A stretch of 64,000 bases of DNA from Candidatus Fermentithermobacillaceae bacterium (GCA_014896535.1 JADBKE010000006.1:2290-66289); one strand, 5' to 3'; positions 1 through 9,228 are shown, numbered from the stretch's first letter. Translations and numbers: made by a program. The notes: generated by a model not told the origin, from the sequence alone.

Positions 1-294
1 CCTGAGAGACTGTGGTCTTTACATGGGTCTTTGCATGATCCCGGTATTCGTCTCCAATTGCGACCGGGTGCAGTGGGACATATCGGGGGCGTGTGTTCAG
101 AACCCGTCTTCACCTCTCTTCGCCTGGGCGCAGGTCACCACGTTCGGGGGAAGGGAATACGATGTTTACGGCAATTGTATTTCGTCAAAGGACCGGGGGT
201 GTCTGGATTGCTGGGACGGGATGAGCAGATACGAGTTAGAAATATATCGCCAAGACAACGACAGGAGATCCTGGACGGTCTGAACCTCGATTTG

Positions 295-696
295 ATGTAC
301 GAGTACGCCGCAATGATTCAATATATCCAGCATGCAGCGGTGCTGACCGGGCCGGAATATGCGTGGGTCATCAGGGAGGAACTGGAACATGCCCAGGATG
401 AGCACGGGCACGCCGTCATCCTTGCGGACCTCATAAATTATCTCGGCGGTACACCTACTGTGGAGGTGGCCCAGAGGCTGACTTCGGAGGACAACGTGGA
501 AATGCTGAGACAGGACCTCCAGGCCGAGTACGACGCCATCGCCCGATATCTCGAGCGAGTCGAGCAGCTGGAATCGGCCGGTCTATACGACTCCGCCCAG
601 AAGATAAGAAACATCGTACTCGTGGAGCAGAATCACGCCATCGATTTGGAAAAGGCATTGGGGATACGGAAGAAGTCTGCCGTAGGGAGGATGTGA
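295..696 (+). CDS. Ferritin-like (bacterioferritin/rubrerythrin-type) di-iron four-helix protein; 5' end unresolved
   Basis: ORF 31..696. The C-terminal ~150 aa show paired E / ExxH ligand helices (LMYEYAAMIQY, EELEHAQDEH, LQAEYDAI, VEQNHAIDLEK). ATG 295 is the first canonical start, but similarity to helix A seems to begin near nt 250, where no ATG/GTG/TTG is in frame. Confidence 0.6.
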   Translation: MYEYAAMIQYIQHAAVLTGPEYAWVIREELEHAQDEHGHAVILADLINYLGGTPTVEVAQRLTSEDNVEMLRQDLQAEYDAIARYLERVEQLESAGLYDSAQKIRNIVLVEQNHAIDLEKALGIRKKSAVGRM

Positions 697-809
697 GTGA
701 TTCTTCGACAATAATAATTCGGGGAAAATTGAGCCCCGGACGCCGTGCGACCCACCGGTAAACCGTTCACAGCGCGCAGACGTCCGGGGTATGCATCGAG
801 CTGCGTAGT

Positions 810-1841
810 CTATGCCGCGTCGGCTGCCTTGACCTCAGCAGTCACTTCTTTCTTGAGCAGATTCACCATGACCGCGGTTACAACCGTTCCTGCGATAAGG
901 GCCACGAGATACATTAACGGCCTCCCGATCATTGGGACGACGAAGATGCCCCCGTGCGGTGCACGAAGCGTGCAGCCGAAGGCCATTGAGAGTGCACCGG
1001 CTACTGCCGACCCGGTCATGATGGACGGGATGACCCGCAGCGGATCAGCGGCCGCGAACGGGATTGCGCCTTCTGTGATGAACGAAATGCCCATGATCCA
1101 GGCGGTCTTGCCAGCCTCGATTTCACGCTCGGTATACTTTTTGGGTGCGAGGACGGTCGCCAGCGCCATTCCAAGCGGCGGGGTCATGCCGGCAGCCATG
1201 ATGGCAGCGTGCGGCTCGAAGATGCCGGCGGATATCATTGACAGCCCGAAGGTGTAGGCGACCTTGTTAACCGGCCCGCCCATGTCGAACGCCATCATCA
1301 GGCCGAGGATGATCCCCAGGATTACCCGGTTCACCGTGCTCATACCCCTCAGCCAGTTGGTTAGGGCGTCCATGAGGGCCTTTACCGGCTGACCGATCAC
1401 GAGCAGCATCAACAGGCCGACGATGAGAGAGGCGACAAGCGGGATGATCAACACGGGCATCAAACGAGACAATCCCTTTGGAACAGGCCAGTTCTTTATC
1501 CAGTTGGCCACATACCCGGCGATCAAACCGCCAATGATGCCGCCAAGGAATCCTGCGCCGACCGTTACGGCGATTTGCCCGGCGATAAAACCGGGAGCGA
1601 TTCCCGGACGGTCGGCGATGGAGAATGCGATGAATCCCGCAAGGACGGGCACCATCAGGCCGAACGCGGTGCCACCAATCCTCATGAGATAGTCGGCGAC
1701 GGAACCCTGGACCTTGAACCCTTCGTAACCGCCCACGGCGAACGAAAGAGCTATGAGGATACCGCCGGCGGTGACGAACGGGATCATGTACGACACGCCC
1801 GTCATGAGACTAGTCCTTATGCCTGCTCCCTTCGAAGCCAT
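810..1841 (-). CDS. PTS fructose-family EIIC permease component
   Basis: 343-aa multi-TM ORF. LMTGVSYMIPFVTAGGILIALSF and FIAFSIADRPGIAPGF are typical of EIIC-Fru. AAGGAGG lies upstream of the ATG, inside the EIIB tail. Confidence 0.9.
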   Translation of the reverse strand: MASKGAGIRTSLMTGVSYMIPFVTAGGILIALSFAVGGYEGFKVQGSVADYLMRIGGTAFGLMVPVLAGFIAFSIADRPGIAPGFIAGQIAVTVGAGFLGGIIGGLIAGYVANWIKNWPVPKGLSRLMPVLIIPLVASLIVGLLMLLVIGQPVKALMDALTNWLRGMSTVNRVILGIILGLMMAFDMGGPVNKVAYTFGLSMISAGIFEPHAAIMAAGMTPPLGMALATVLAPKKYTEREIEAGKTAWIMGISFITEGAIPFAAADPLRVIPSIMTGSAVAGALSMAFGCTLRAPHGGIFVVPMIGRPLMYLVALIAGTVVTAVMVNLLKKEVTAEVKAADAA

Positions 1842-2302
1842 CCCAACAACGACCTCCTTTTGGTTTTGGGATTTTGGTTTTCCCCTTGAGGCTCATCGCC
1901 GGAGGAGGGGTTGCCTCCGGACTGCGGTGATTCTGAAGTCGGCCGGACGCGTTCTCCATTTACCACCTCCTCCTGCAAACTCTTGCCAGACGCGTTTTGC
2001 AGCTCTTCAATGGCGCGGTCTATGACTGAACCGGGATTTCGTATTGCCTCGGCGACTCCGGCCCAAACGACCAGTTTCCCGTCAAACCTTTGTGCTCCGC
2101 TGACTTTCATGTCCACCGCGAATATGACCACATCCGCCTCGGCGATTTCGCGCGCGGTGAGCTCGTTCTCAACACCCATCGACCCCTGTGTCTCGATCTT
2201 GATCTGGAATCCGCGGGCCTTCGCCTCTCTCTCGAGCGCTTCTGCGGCCATGTAAGTGTGAGCAATGCCTGCGGGACACGCTGTAACGCCCACTATCTTC
2301 AT
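1817..2302 (-). CDS. PTS fructose-family EIIB component with a low-complexity C-terminal tail
   Basis: MKIVGVTACPAGIAHTYMAAEALE (phospho-Cys loop CPxGxAHT). AAGGGGGAG SD. The ~60-aa Gly/Ser/Pro/Glu-rich tail overlaps the EIIC start by 25 nt. Confidence 0.85.
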   Translation of the reverse strand: MKIVGVTACPAGIAHTYMAAEALEREAKARGFQIKIETQGSMGVENELTAREIAEADVVIFAVDMKVSGAQRFDGKLVVWAGVAEAIRNPGSVIDRAIEELQNASGKSLQEEVVNGERVRPTSESPQSGGNPSSGDEPQGENQNPKTKRRSLLGWLRREQA

Positions 2303-2377
2303 GTTCGTTTTCTCCCCCTTTCAAAGATGGGATCTCACCCCTTATGGGACGCTCCCTGCGGCACATTGCTGTGACCG

Positions 2378-2848
2378 TCACGGTCCAGCCCATTCCGCTT
2401 CTTTAGCCTGAATCGCCGCAAATACGTCCTCCGCGGAACGTGCCGCCATGAGCGCCTTCCGGAAGTCCTCGTGGATGAGCATCCTGGACAGAGTTGCCAG
2501 TATCCTGAGATGCTGGTCGTCCGCGGAGTCCGGAACGGCGATCATGAATATGAGGTGGGCGGGAGTCCCGTCTATAGACTGAAAGTCGATACCCTTGATG
2601 GACTTACCGAAGGCCACCCCGGGTTCCCGTACAGCAGCCGACTTGCCGTGCGGGATCGCCACGCCCAGGCCCACGCCCGTGGATCCGAGTGCCTCGCGTT
2701 CGTAAACGGCAGCAATGTACCCCTCAAGCGAATTGAGCTTACCTGCGCTATCCAGCATCTCCGCGAGTTCTCGGATAACCTCGCCTTTGGTAGAGCCTTG
2801 AAGGTTCATGCAAATCAGGTCTCTTGTTAGAAGATCCTGGATCCTCAC
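2378..2848 (-). CDS. PTS EIIA (fructose/Ntr type)
   Basis: GLGVAIPHGKS phospho-His motif and LIFMIAVP. GTG 2848 sits 6 nt after a GGGAGGAA SD; ATG 2866 is the alternative start. Confidence 0.8.
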   Translation of the reverse strand: MRIQDLLTRDLICMNLQGSTKGEVIRELAEMLDSAGKLNSLEGYIAAVYEREALGSTGVGLGVAIPHGKSAAVREPGVAFGKSIKGIDFQSIDGTPAHLIFMIAVPDSADDQHLRILATLSRMLIHEDFRKALMAARSAEDVFAAIQAKEAEWAGP

Positions 2849-2923
2849 GGGGTCTTCCTCCCACATGACTGCGTCCCGGCGAGAGCCAGTGTCAGGCTCA
2901 ACCGGAGCCGCGCGACTGCCACA

Positions 2924-3937
2924 TCACGACGACACCTGCGTCAGGACGACTTCGCTTTGAAGATGCCGAGCCAATTCAACCGAATACTGCCCAGTTCCAG
3001 GGTCTGAAGCAGCGGCGGAGCCCGCAGCGACGGCAAATTTGAGTGCTGTGGCGATGTCATCACATCGGGCAAGCGAAGCGGCGAGGCCTGCCACCATGGC
3101 GTCCCCAGCTCCCACCGTATTACCGACCCGGACCTCCGGAGCGAAGGCCCTCCACGCGCGGACCGGCACGGCCGAGCCTTTCGCGGGTGCTCCTTCCCCG
3201 GCCGAGTCTCCGACGGACCAGCCTCTTGCTACGGCTATCGCCCCGTCGCTCCCCATGGACACGACCACGATCTTCACTCCCGAGCGAACGATCTCTCGAG
3301 CGGCATCGATGATTTCCGTGTCCCGTTGGAACCTGGTGCCGAATAGTTCTTCCAGTTCTTGCAGATTGGGCTTCACGAGGAACGGCGCAGCTCTGAGTCC
3401 TTCGCGTAAGGCGTCGGAAGAGGCATCGAGGATCGTGCGCACCCCCCGTTGGTTCGCGAGCGCGATGAGGCGGTAGTAGAGGTCGGTGGGGCACCCGGGC
3501 GGCAGACTTCCGGCGAATACGATGACGCTCGAATCTTCGCAGGAGAGCCGTACCTTGTCTTCAAGAGCGCTGACCTCCGCTTCACATACCGCCGGACCTG
3601 GTTCGTTGATCTCGGTTTCACAACCGTTTACCCTGTCGATAATCTTCAAGTTCATCCGGACGTATCCGGACACGTCCACGAAATCAGTTTCTATGGATTC
3701 CCGGGACAGTTGCTCGATGAGAAACGGCGCGTGTCCCCGACCCATGAACCCGGTTGCCCTGGTGTGCTTTCCGAGTTTGGAAAGGAACCGCGACACATTG
3801 ATGCCCTTGCCGCCGGGGTCGACCCGCATCTCTACAACCCGGTTGACCTTGCCGGTCTGGAATCCGTCGATCCACAAGACCTTGTCGAGAGCGGGATTCG
3901 GTGTTACGGTCGTTATCTTGAATCTTGAATCACGCAC
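2924..3937 (-). CDS. fruK: 1-phosphofructokinase (PfkB family)
   Basis: TVTPNPALDK N-terminus, DPGGKGINVS, NTVGAGDAMVAG. GTG 3937 lies 2 nt after the fruR stop; ATG 3982 is an alternative that would overlap fruR by 53 nt. Confidence 0.85.
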   Translation of the reverse strand: MRDSRFKITTVTPNPALDKVLWIDGFQTGKVNRVVEMRVDPGGKGINVSRFLSKLGKHTRATGFMGRGHAPFLIEQLSRESIETDFVDVSGYVRMNLKIIDRVNGCETEINEPGPAVCEAEVSALEDKVRLSCEDSSVIVFAGSLPPGCPTDLYYRLIALANQRGVRTILDASSDALREGLRAAPFLVKPNLQELEELFGTRFQRDTEIIDAAREIVRSGVKIVVVSMGSDGAIAVARGWSVGDSAGEGAPAKGSAVPVRAWRAFAPEVRVGNTVGAGDAMVAGLAASLARCDDIATALKFAVAAGSAAASDPGTGQYSVELARHLQSEVVLTQVSS

Positions 3938-4736
3938 GGGACCCTTCACTCCTTGGCCTTTCAGTATCGTCTTCCCCAGCAACGAGAATCTGAGCCCCCG
4001 CCGCAGCGAACTCCAGCCGCACGTTGGCAGGTAACCCGTCGTCGGTGATTATCTTGTGGATGCGACTGAGTGGCAGCACCTTTGTGGCGGTGACGACGTT
4101 GAACTTGCTGTGGTCTACCACAACGATGACCTCACGGGCCGCGTCTGCCATGGCCCGTTTTATATATGCCTCGAGGACGCTTGGGGTCGTGAGTCCGTGG
4201 GTGAGGGATATGCCGTTTCCCGCAAGGAAGACCTTGTCTGCGTGGAAGTTCCTGAGCGTCTCCTGGGCGATCGGGCCCACGAGGGCCATAGTGTTGAACC
4301 GCGCGGTTCCCCCGGTGAACACCACCTCGATACCCTCAATTCGAGCAAGTTCGTGGACCAGGTTGAGCGCGTTGGTAATCACCGTAATGCCGCGTTTTCC
4401 CCCTAGATGCCTGGCTACGTGAAGCGTAGTTGTACCGGCATCGAGGATTATCGTCTCGCCCGGCTTTATGAGCTCCGCGGCTTTGCGCCCGATTTTTTGC
4501 TTTTCCTCGAAGTAACGGTCCTCTTTTTCAGAATACGTGGGCTCAAAACCGGTCGCAGGGGGAAGGATGGCGCCGCCATGTGTTCTGATAACGAGGCCCC
4601 GCGCCTGGAGCGCGTTGAGGTCCCGGCGAACGGTTGCTTCCGTGACCCGCAGCGCCTCGCTCAGCTCGTTCACGGTTACGCTGTTTCTCTCTTCGAGCAG
4701 CTTCAGAACGAGCATTTGACGTTCCTCAGCGAACAT
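3930..4736 (-). CDS. fruR: DeoR-family transcriptional repressor of the fructose operon
   Basis: N-terminal HTH (VTVNELSEALRVTEATVRRDLNALQ) plus a DeoR C-terminal sensor domain. First gene of the fruR-fruK-EIIABC operon. Confidence 0.85.
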   Translation of the reverse strand: MFAEERQMLVLKLLEERNSVTVNELSEALRVTEATVRRDLNALQARGLVIRTHGGAILPPATGFEPTYSEKEDRYFEEKQKIGRKAAELIKPGETIILDAGTTTLHVARHLGGKRGITVITNALNLVHELARIEGIEVVFTGGTARFNTMALVGPIAQETLRNFHADKVFLAGNGISLTHGLTTPSVLEAYIKRAMADAAREVIVVVDHSKFNVVTATKVLPLSRIHKIITDDGLPANVRLEFAAAGAQILVAGEDDTERPRSEGSRA

Positions 4737-4978
4737 GGATGTCTCCTTCCCGGTTTGTTTTTTACTGAATCCGTTTTCGAGTGCGTTCGTTTATGCTTCT
4801 ATGTGTTCGTATATTCGCGTCAAACTACAAAATTCCTTCAGAATCGAAAAGGAAAAGTAGGTGATTCGTCTGGCGTGGGTGCTCATCCACGAGGGGAAAG
4901 ATCTAATCTGAACACTCAAGGGCTTCGCTGGCTGAAGGACGCTACTGAAAGGAATGAGGAGCGTTTTGGACGGAAAAC

Positions 4979-6409
4979 TTAGTCTTGTATGTCCGGCACT
5001 GGCAGATCCTCTCTCCGGAAGGTGCTCCGCGTTAAGACGCGGTTTTTCCATCGTCCCGACAGGTAGTAGGCATAGTTCAGCAGTGAGCCCATTACCGGGG
5101 ACACGGCCATTCCGAGCCAAAGACCTTCGCTGCCGAATATTCTGGACAGGAAGAGGGCTGCGGGGACCCTGACGCCCCAAAGGGTCACGAGAGAAATTAT
5201 CATGGACGGGACGGTATCGCCGGCTCCTCTCAGGATTCCTGCCAGGGTAAACATCAACCCCATCGGGATGTAGGCGAAGCCGAGGGTCCGCAGGTACTTC
5301 GTACCCTCCACTATCACCGCGCCGTCGGACGTGAACATCCGCAGGAGGACCTGCGGGATCGCTAATACGATTATGCTGATCGCGCCAGTTATGGCAACGG
5401 TCAGCAATACGCTGGACCGTACAACCTCTCTGACCCTGTCGAACTTGCGGGCACCAAGGTTTTGACCGACCAGAGCCGTGACCGAAAGACCCACGGTCAT
5501 CGCAGGCATTGTCACGAACTGGTCAAGCCTCCCCCCAACGCCGAAGGCTGCGGTGACCACCGCGCCGAACCTGTTGACGAGCGAGGTAACCGTGAGCATT
5601 CCCATAGAGACGATGATCTGCTGAATGCCTGCGGGGAGTCCGATCCCGAAGGTCTGCTTCACGATTTGCCCGTCAAGCGCCCATTCCTCCCTCTCCCACT
5701 TGATGAGGCCGGTCTTGGCCATGTGCCGGATTCCCAGGAACGCGGAAAGCGCCTGAGCGATCACCGTTGCAAGAGCGGCTCCGGCAACCCCCATTCGCGG
5801 GAAAGGCCAGACACCGAAAATCATCAGCGGGTCCAAGATAATGTTGAGGACGGTCGCGTAGGTCAGGAAGATAAGCGGGGTGCGGGAATCGCCTAGCCCT
5901 CGGAGGATGGCCGACACGGCGTTGTAGAAGAATGTCGCTGTGATACCTGCCATCACGATACCGAGGTAGGACTGGGCTTGCGCTATTGCTTCCGGGGGAG
6001 TCCTGATGAGGCGAAGGAGCGGTATTCGCAGCGAAACGCCGACAATGCTCGACACGACGCCGAGAGCTGCCGTTATGAGCAGGGAGTTCGTCACGGTTTT
6101 CCTGACCATGGGCATATCCTTGGCACCGGCATGCTGTGCGACGAGAGCGGTTGTAGCCATGGTTATCCCCATAGCTACGGCGATGGTGGCGAAGATGACC
6201 GGGAAACTGACAGAGACGGCCGCGAGGGCGTTCCTTCCCAAGAACTGGCCGACCCAGATACTGTCAACCGTGTTATACAGGGCCTGAAGGGCGTTCCCGA
6301 GGAACATGGGTATGGCAAACGTTATGAGGTGCCTCGGGATACTGCCCTCTGTAAAGTCCTGTCGAGAATGTTGCCTGTCCAGGGGAATTGCCTCCTCGAA
6401 CTGGTTCAT
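4979..6409 (-). CDS. MATE-family multidrug/efflux transporter
   Basis: 476-aa ORF with about 12 TM segments. N-terminus (LITFAIPMFLGNALQALYNTVDSIWVGQ) and the second-half repeat are typical of NorM/DinF-type MATE proteins. Confidence 0.85.
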   Translation of the reverse strand: MNQFEEAIPLDRQHSRQDFTEGSIPRHLITFAIPMFLGNALQALYNTVDSIWVGQFLGRNALAAVSVSFPVIFATIAVAMGITMATTALVAQHAGAKDMPMVRKTVTNSLLITAALGVVSSIVGVSLRIPLLRLIRTPPEAIAQAQSYLGIVMAGITATFFYNAVSAILRGLGDSRTPLIFLTYATVLNIILDPLMIFGVWPFPRMGVAGAALATVIAQALSAFLGIRHMAKTGLIKWEREEWALDGQIVKQTFGIGLPAGIQQIIVSMGMLTVTSLVNRFGAVVTAAFGVGGRLDQFVTMPAMTVGLSVTALVGQNLGARKFDRVREVVRSSVLLTVAITGAISIIVLAIPQVLLRMFTSDGAVIVEGTKYLRTLGFAYIPMGLMFTLAGILRGAGDTVPSMIISLVTLWGVRVPAALFLSRIFGSEGLWLGMAVSPVMGSLLNYAYYLSGRWKNRVLTRSTFRREDLPVPDIQD

Positions 6410-6670
6410 AAATGCACTAGCAGAACAGCATATGATACTCGATCAGTATAACACCGCGGGTTTTAGGGGAAAAGGATGTGTACTCGTTCAGGTCATGCGA
6501 CACACCGGCCTATGCCGACCGTTTCCAGGTAGCGGGCGGGGATGTGCCCAAGGCTTTCGTGTGGTCGTAGCTGATTACATGCAATCCCACAATTCTTGAC
6601 CCAGAGCCACAATCTACTTGACGGGGGCTAAAGGTAGGTCTACCTTGTATCGTTCAGGAAGGTGTTGGAT

Positions 6671-8530
6671 ATGGATATTGCGAGGACGCTCTATTTGTTG
6701 GTTTTTACTACGTATGTCACATTTTTCTTCCTGTTCCTGCGCTTTTATTTTTGGAAAAGGTACAGCGAGAAAAACTATTGGGGAAAGAGGCCGTCTCTAT
6801 CGGTGGCTGGCGTCAGAGATCTTGCCTGCAAGATCGGACGAGAACTTCCCTTCATAAGTATCTTGGTGCCTGCAAGAAACGAGAGCGATGTCATAGAGAA
6901 CACCGTAAGGCATCTCGCGAAACTCAAGTACCCCGAAGACAGGTACGAGATAATCGTCATTACAGACGAAAAGGAAAAAATAGCGGCTAAAGCATTGCGA
7001 AAGAAGATCCTCTCTGTGGGACTTTCTCTTCTGAGCGGAAGGAAGAACCGGGGTGAACAACCTTTGTCCAGCGAGGAGACCCGCCAGCTTGAGTCTCTCT
7101 TGCTTTACGTCCTGGCGTCTTTTGCGCAGAACGGCGATGCTGACGGCTTGTACGAATTATGCGAGACCCTCAAAGATAAAAAGCCGTTCGGGAGAGAGCG
7201 ACGCGGGGGAGAGGACCATACAAGCCTGAATGCGCCGGTATGCTCCTGCGACTCAAATGTTGCTCTTGCCCGAGAGGTGCTGAAAGCATTCTACAGTCTG
7301 GATTGGAGCACCGTAGCCGGGACCGGAAATATCAGCCATTCACCTTTAGCATCTTCGGACAGCGGTGAGAAATCCTTCCTCGCCAGGGTCCGGTCTATTC
7401 CCAGGAAAGAACTGGCACGAGTTCTGGACGAGTCCCTGGTGCAGCTCTTCCCTACTACCCAGGAAGTTGTGGAAAAGGTTGCTGCTTCTTTAGGCGGGGT
7501 GCCGGCCCCACGCATCAAGCACGTCTCGGTACCGTACGATTTTGACGGTAGTCTTCATGGCCGCCTTACCGGTAGAGTCGTCAAGTCCACGAAAGGAAGG
7601 GCCTTGAACTGGGGTCTGAGGTTCGTGGATCGCAGGTGCGAGATCTGCGGATTTTATGACGCTGAATCTAGACCCCATACGGACGTCCTACTGTTCGTTG
7701 CTTACAGGTACCTTTTGGATCCACAGAAATCCCGCATACTTCAGGGGCCGGTGTTCCAGGTACGGAACTTTTACAAGATGAGCCCTTTCTGCAGGATAGC
7801 TAGTCTCTATCAGGCAGTGGCCCACGACTGGTATCTGCCCTGGCTCTTCAAGACCCTTCCTTTCGTCGGAGGGACCAATCTCTTCGTCGAGCGAAAGCTA
7901 CTCGAAGAGGTCGGAGGATGGGATCACGATATCCTGACGGAGGATCTGGAGTTTGGGACCCGGGCTTACCTTCTGAAAGGAGCGTGGCCTCAATACCTCC
8001 CCTATCACTCCAGCGAACAGACGCCTCCCAACTTCCGGGCGTTTTTCCGCCAGCGCCTGCGGTGGGCGACAGGGCACCTGCAGGTAGTTTCGAAAGTGGC
8101 CGACCTCAGGTATGTCTCCGAGAGAGAACAGAGAGAATTGATCTTTCGCCTGATCATGAAAGGTCAGTTTGAGTGGGTCGTTTATCAGGCGGCCACCCTT
8201 GTTCCGCCGACCGCGCTATTTCTCCAATTCAGGCACCTTCTGGATGAGACCGCGGTGCCTCCGGTCGTCAGGTTAATTGTGGGTGGTTTCTCAGTCGTGT
8301 ATCTCTCCTTCACCTTTTATGCGTTCTTGAGATACCGGCCATATTTTGATAGCACGCTGAAGCCGGACGGGGTCATGCGAAATCTCCTGGTGGTTCTGGG
8401 GCTTTTTGCCCTGCCTCTTGCGGCGTTCCTTTTCCCTATCCCGTATACCTGGGCGTTGATCCTAAAGTCCTTTGGCAAGGAACCCAGAGTGTGGGTGAAG
8501 ACGCCCCGCACCAGGGAGAAACCTGCGTGA
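6671..8530 (+). CDS. Processive family-2 glycosyltransferase (membrane polysaccharide synthase) with a large internal insertion
   Basis: N-terminal TM; ISILVPARNE...IIVITDEKE; KGRALNWG; FYDAES (DxD-like); ILTEDLEFG (TED); QRLRW (QxxRW); C-terminal TM bundle. ATG 6671 lies 9 nt after GGAAGGTG. Confidence 0.8.
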   Translation: MDIARTLYLLVFTTYVTFFFLFLRFYFWKRYSEKNYWGKRPSLSVAGVRDLACKIGRELPFISILVPARNESDVIENTVRHLAKLKYPEDRYEIIVITDEKEKIAAKALRKKILSVGLSLLSGRKNRGEQPLSSEETRQLESLLLYVLASFAQNGDADGLYELCETLKDKKPFGRERRGGEDHTSLNAPVCSCDSNVALAREVLKAFYSLDWSTVAGTGNISHSPLASSDSGEKSFLARVRSIPRKELARVLDESLVQLFPTTQEVVEKVAASLGGVPAPRIKHVSVPYDFDGSLHGRLTGRVVKSTKGRALNWGLRFVDRRCEICGFYDAESRPHTDVLLFVAYRYLLDPQKSRILQGPVFQVRNFYKMSPFCRIASLYQAVAHDWYLPWLFKTLPFVGGTNLFVERKLLEEVGGWDHDILTEDLEFGTRAYLLKGAWPQYLPYHSSEQTPPNFRAFFRQRLRWATGHLQVVSKVADLRYVSEREQRELIFRLIMKGQFEWVVYQAATLVPPTALFLQFRHLLDETAVPPVVRLIVGGFSVVYLSFTFYAFLRYRPYFDSTLKPDGVMRNLLVVLGLFALPLAAFLFPIPYTWALILKSFGKEPRVWVKTPRTREKPA

Positions 8531-8763
8531 TGCTTACGTATGCCCACGGAAGGCCCTCATACATGGTGATAGACTCCAAGACGGGCTCCGTCACACAACA
8601 CCCGCTACCGGTACCGGACGGCATGATGGTGTTCGTTGCCGACAACGCGCCCCAACCCGCTTGCTTACGGGACTCCAAACCTCAGCGAGGCATCCTCGCG
8701 ATGGCATACGACGAAAACACGGGAGTCTCTCACATGTACCTTATTCGTCGGCGGGAGCAATAA
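8530..8763 (+). CDS. Hypothetical 77-aa protein, translationally coupled to the GT2 gene
   Basis: ATG 8530 overlaps the GT2 stop (TGATG). No recognisable motif. Support comes from the coupling and position only. Confidence 0.4.
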   Translation: MLTYAHGRPSYMVIDSKTGSVTQHPLPVPDGMMVFVADNAPQPACLRDSKPQRGILAMAYDENTGVSHMYLIRRREQ

Positions 8764-9061
8764 CCGTCACCTAGTTCGGGGCGGAGTCCCGCAGCTGCTC
8801 ACGGTAAAGACGCCTACAGGGAAGTTGTCGCATTTCAATACTGGAAGCGGAAACCAGGGAAGGTGGGCGTACGTCAGACTAACGTGGAGGTGAATCCGGT
8901 GAAAGCTCGTCCGCGAATGGTTCTGGATGTGCCCGTCTTGCGGGTACTTGGGATCTTCGTTCTACACTGGGCACTTCTTCACACGTCCTTCCCAATATGC
9001 TGTAGCAGGTCGCAAAGGCGGTGGAGAAACTTTTCGATAACGGCGCAGCGACCAGCAACTC

Positions 9062-9100
9062 TGGTAGCTGTCAGATATGGTAGCTGTCAGATAGCTGTCA
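9062..9100. repeat. Tandem direct repeat: TGGTAGCTGTCAGATA x2 plus a partial third copy (GCTGTCA)
   Basis: Exact 16-nt units at 9062-9077 and 9078-9093, then 7 nt of a third unit. It lies about 40 nt beyond the 3' end of tRNA-Ala. Confidence 0.85.
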
Positions 9101-9137
9101 AAAAAGAACAAGAGCCAGACTGATTTGGGCCTTACGC

Positions 9138-9213
<76 letters not shown>

Positions 9214-9228
9214 ACCGTGGCACCTCAT

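Noticed and set aside
2-283. Cys-rich open frame running in from the window edge (…CMIPVFVSNCDRVQWDISGACVQNP…GNCISSKDRGCLDCWDG…)
   Set aside because: It could be the 3' end of a real gene, since it has no stop back to nt 2. I recognise no family, however, and it is truncated by the window and abuts the unresolved ferritin-like start. Support is not enough to call a CDS.
1817-1841. 25-nt overlap of PTS EIIB and EIIC, as a possible frameshifted EIIBC fusion (pseudogene)
   Set aside because: EIIC has its own ATG, preceded by AAGGAGG, and begins exactly where stand-alone EIIC domains begin (…LMTGVSYMIPF). EIIB ends in a linker-like tail. Two separate genes is the simpler reading.
8830-8990. Cobalamin-riboswitch-like fragments (AGGGAAGGTGGG, GGTGAATCCGGTGAAAG, ACTGGGCAC, GTCCTTCCC)
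   Set aside because: These are only scattered short matches recalled from memory. Their order and spacing do not fit the consensus, and no plus-strand gene follows before the oppositely oriented tRNA-Ala. It would need a covariance-model scan to revive.
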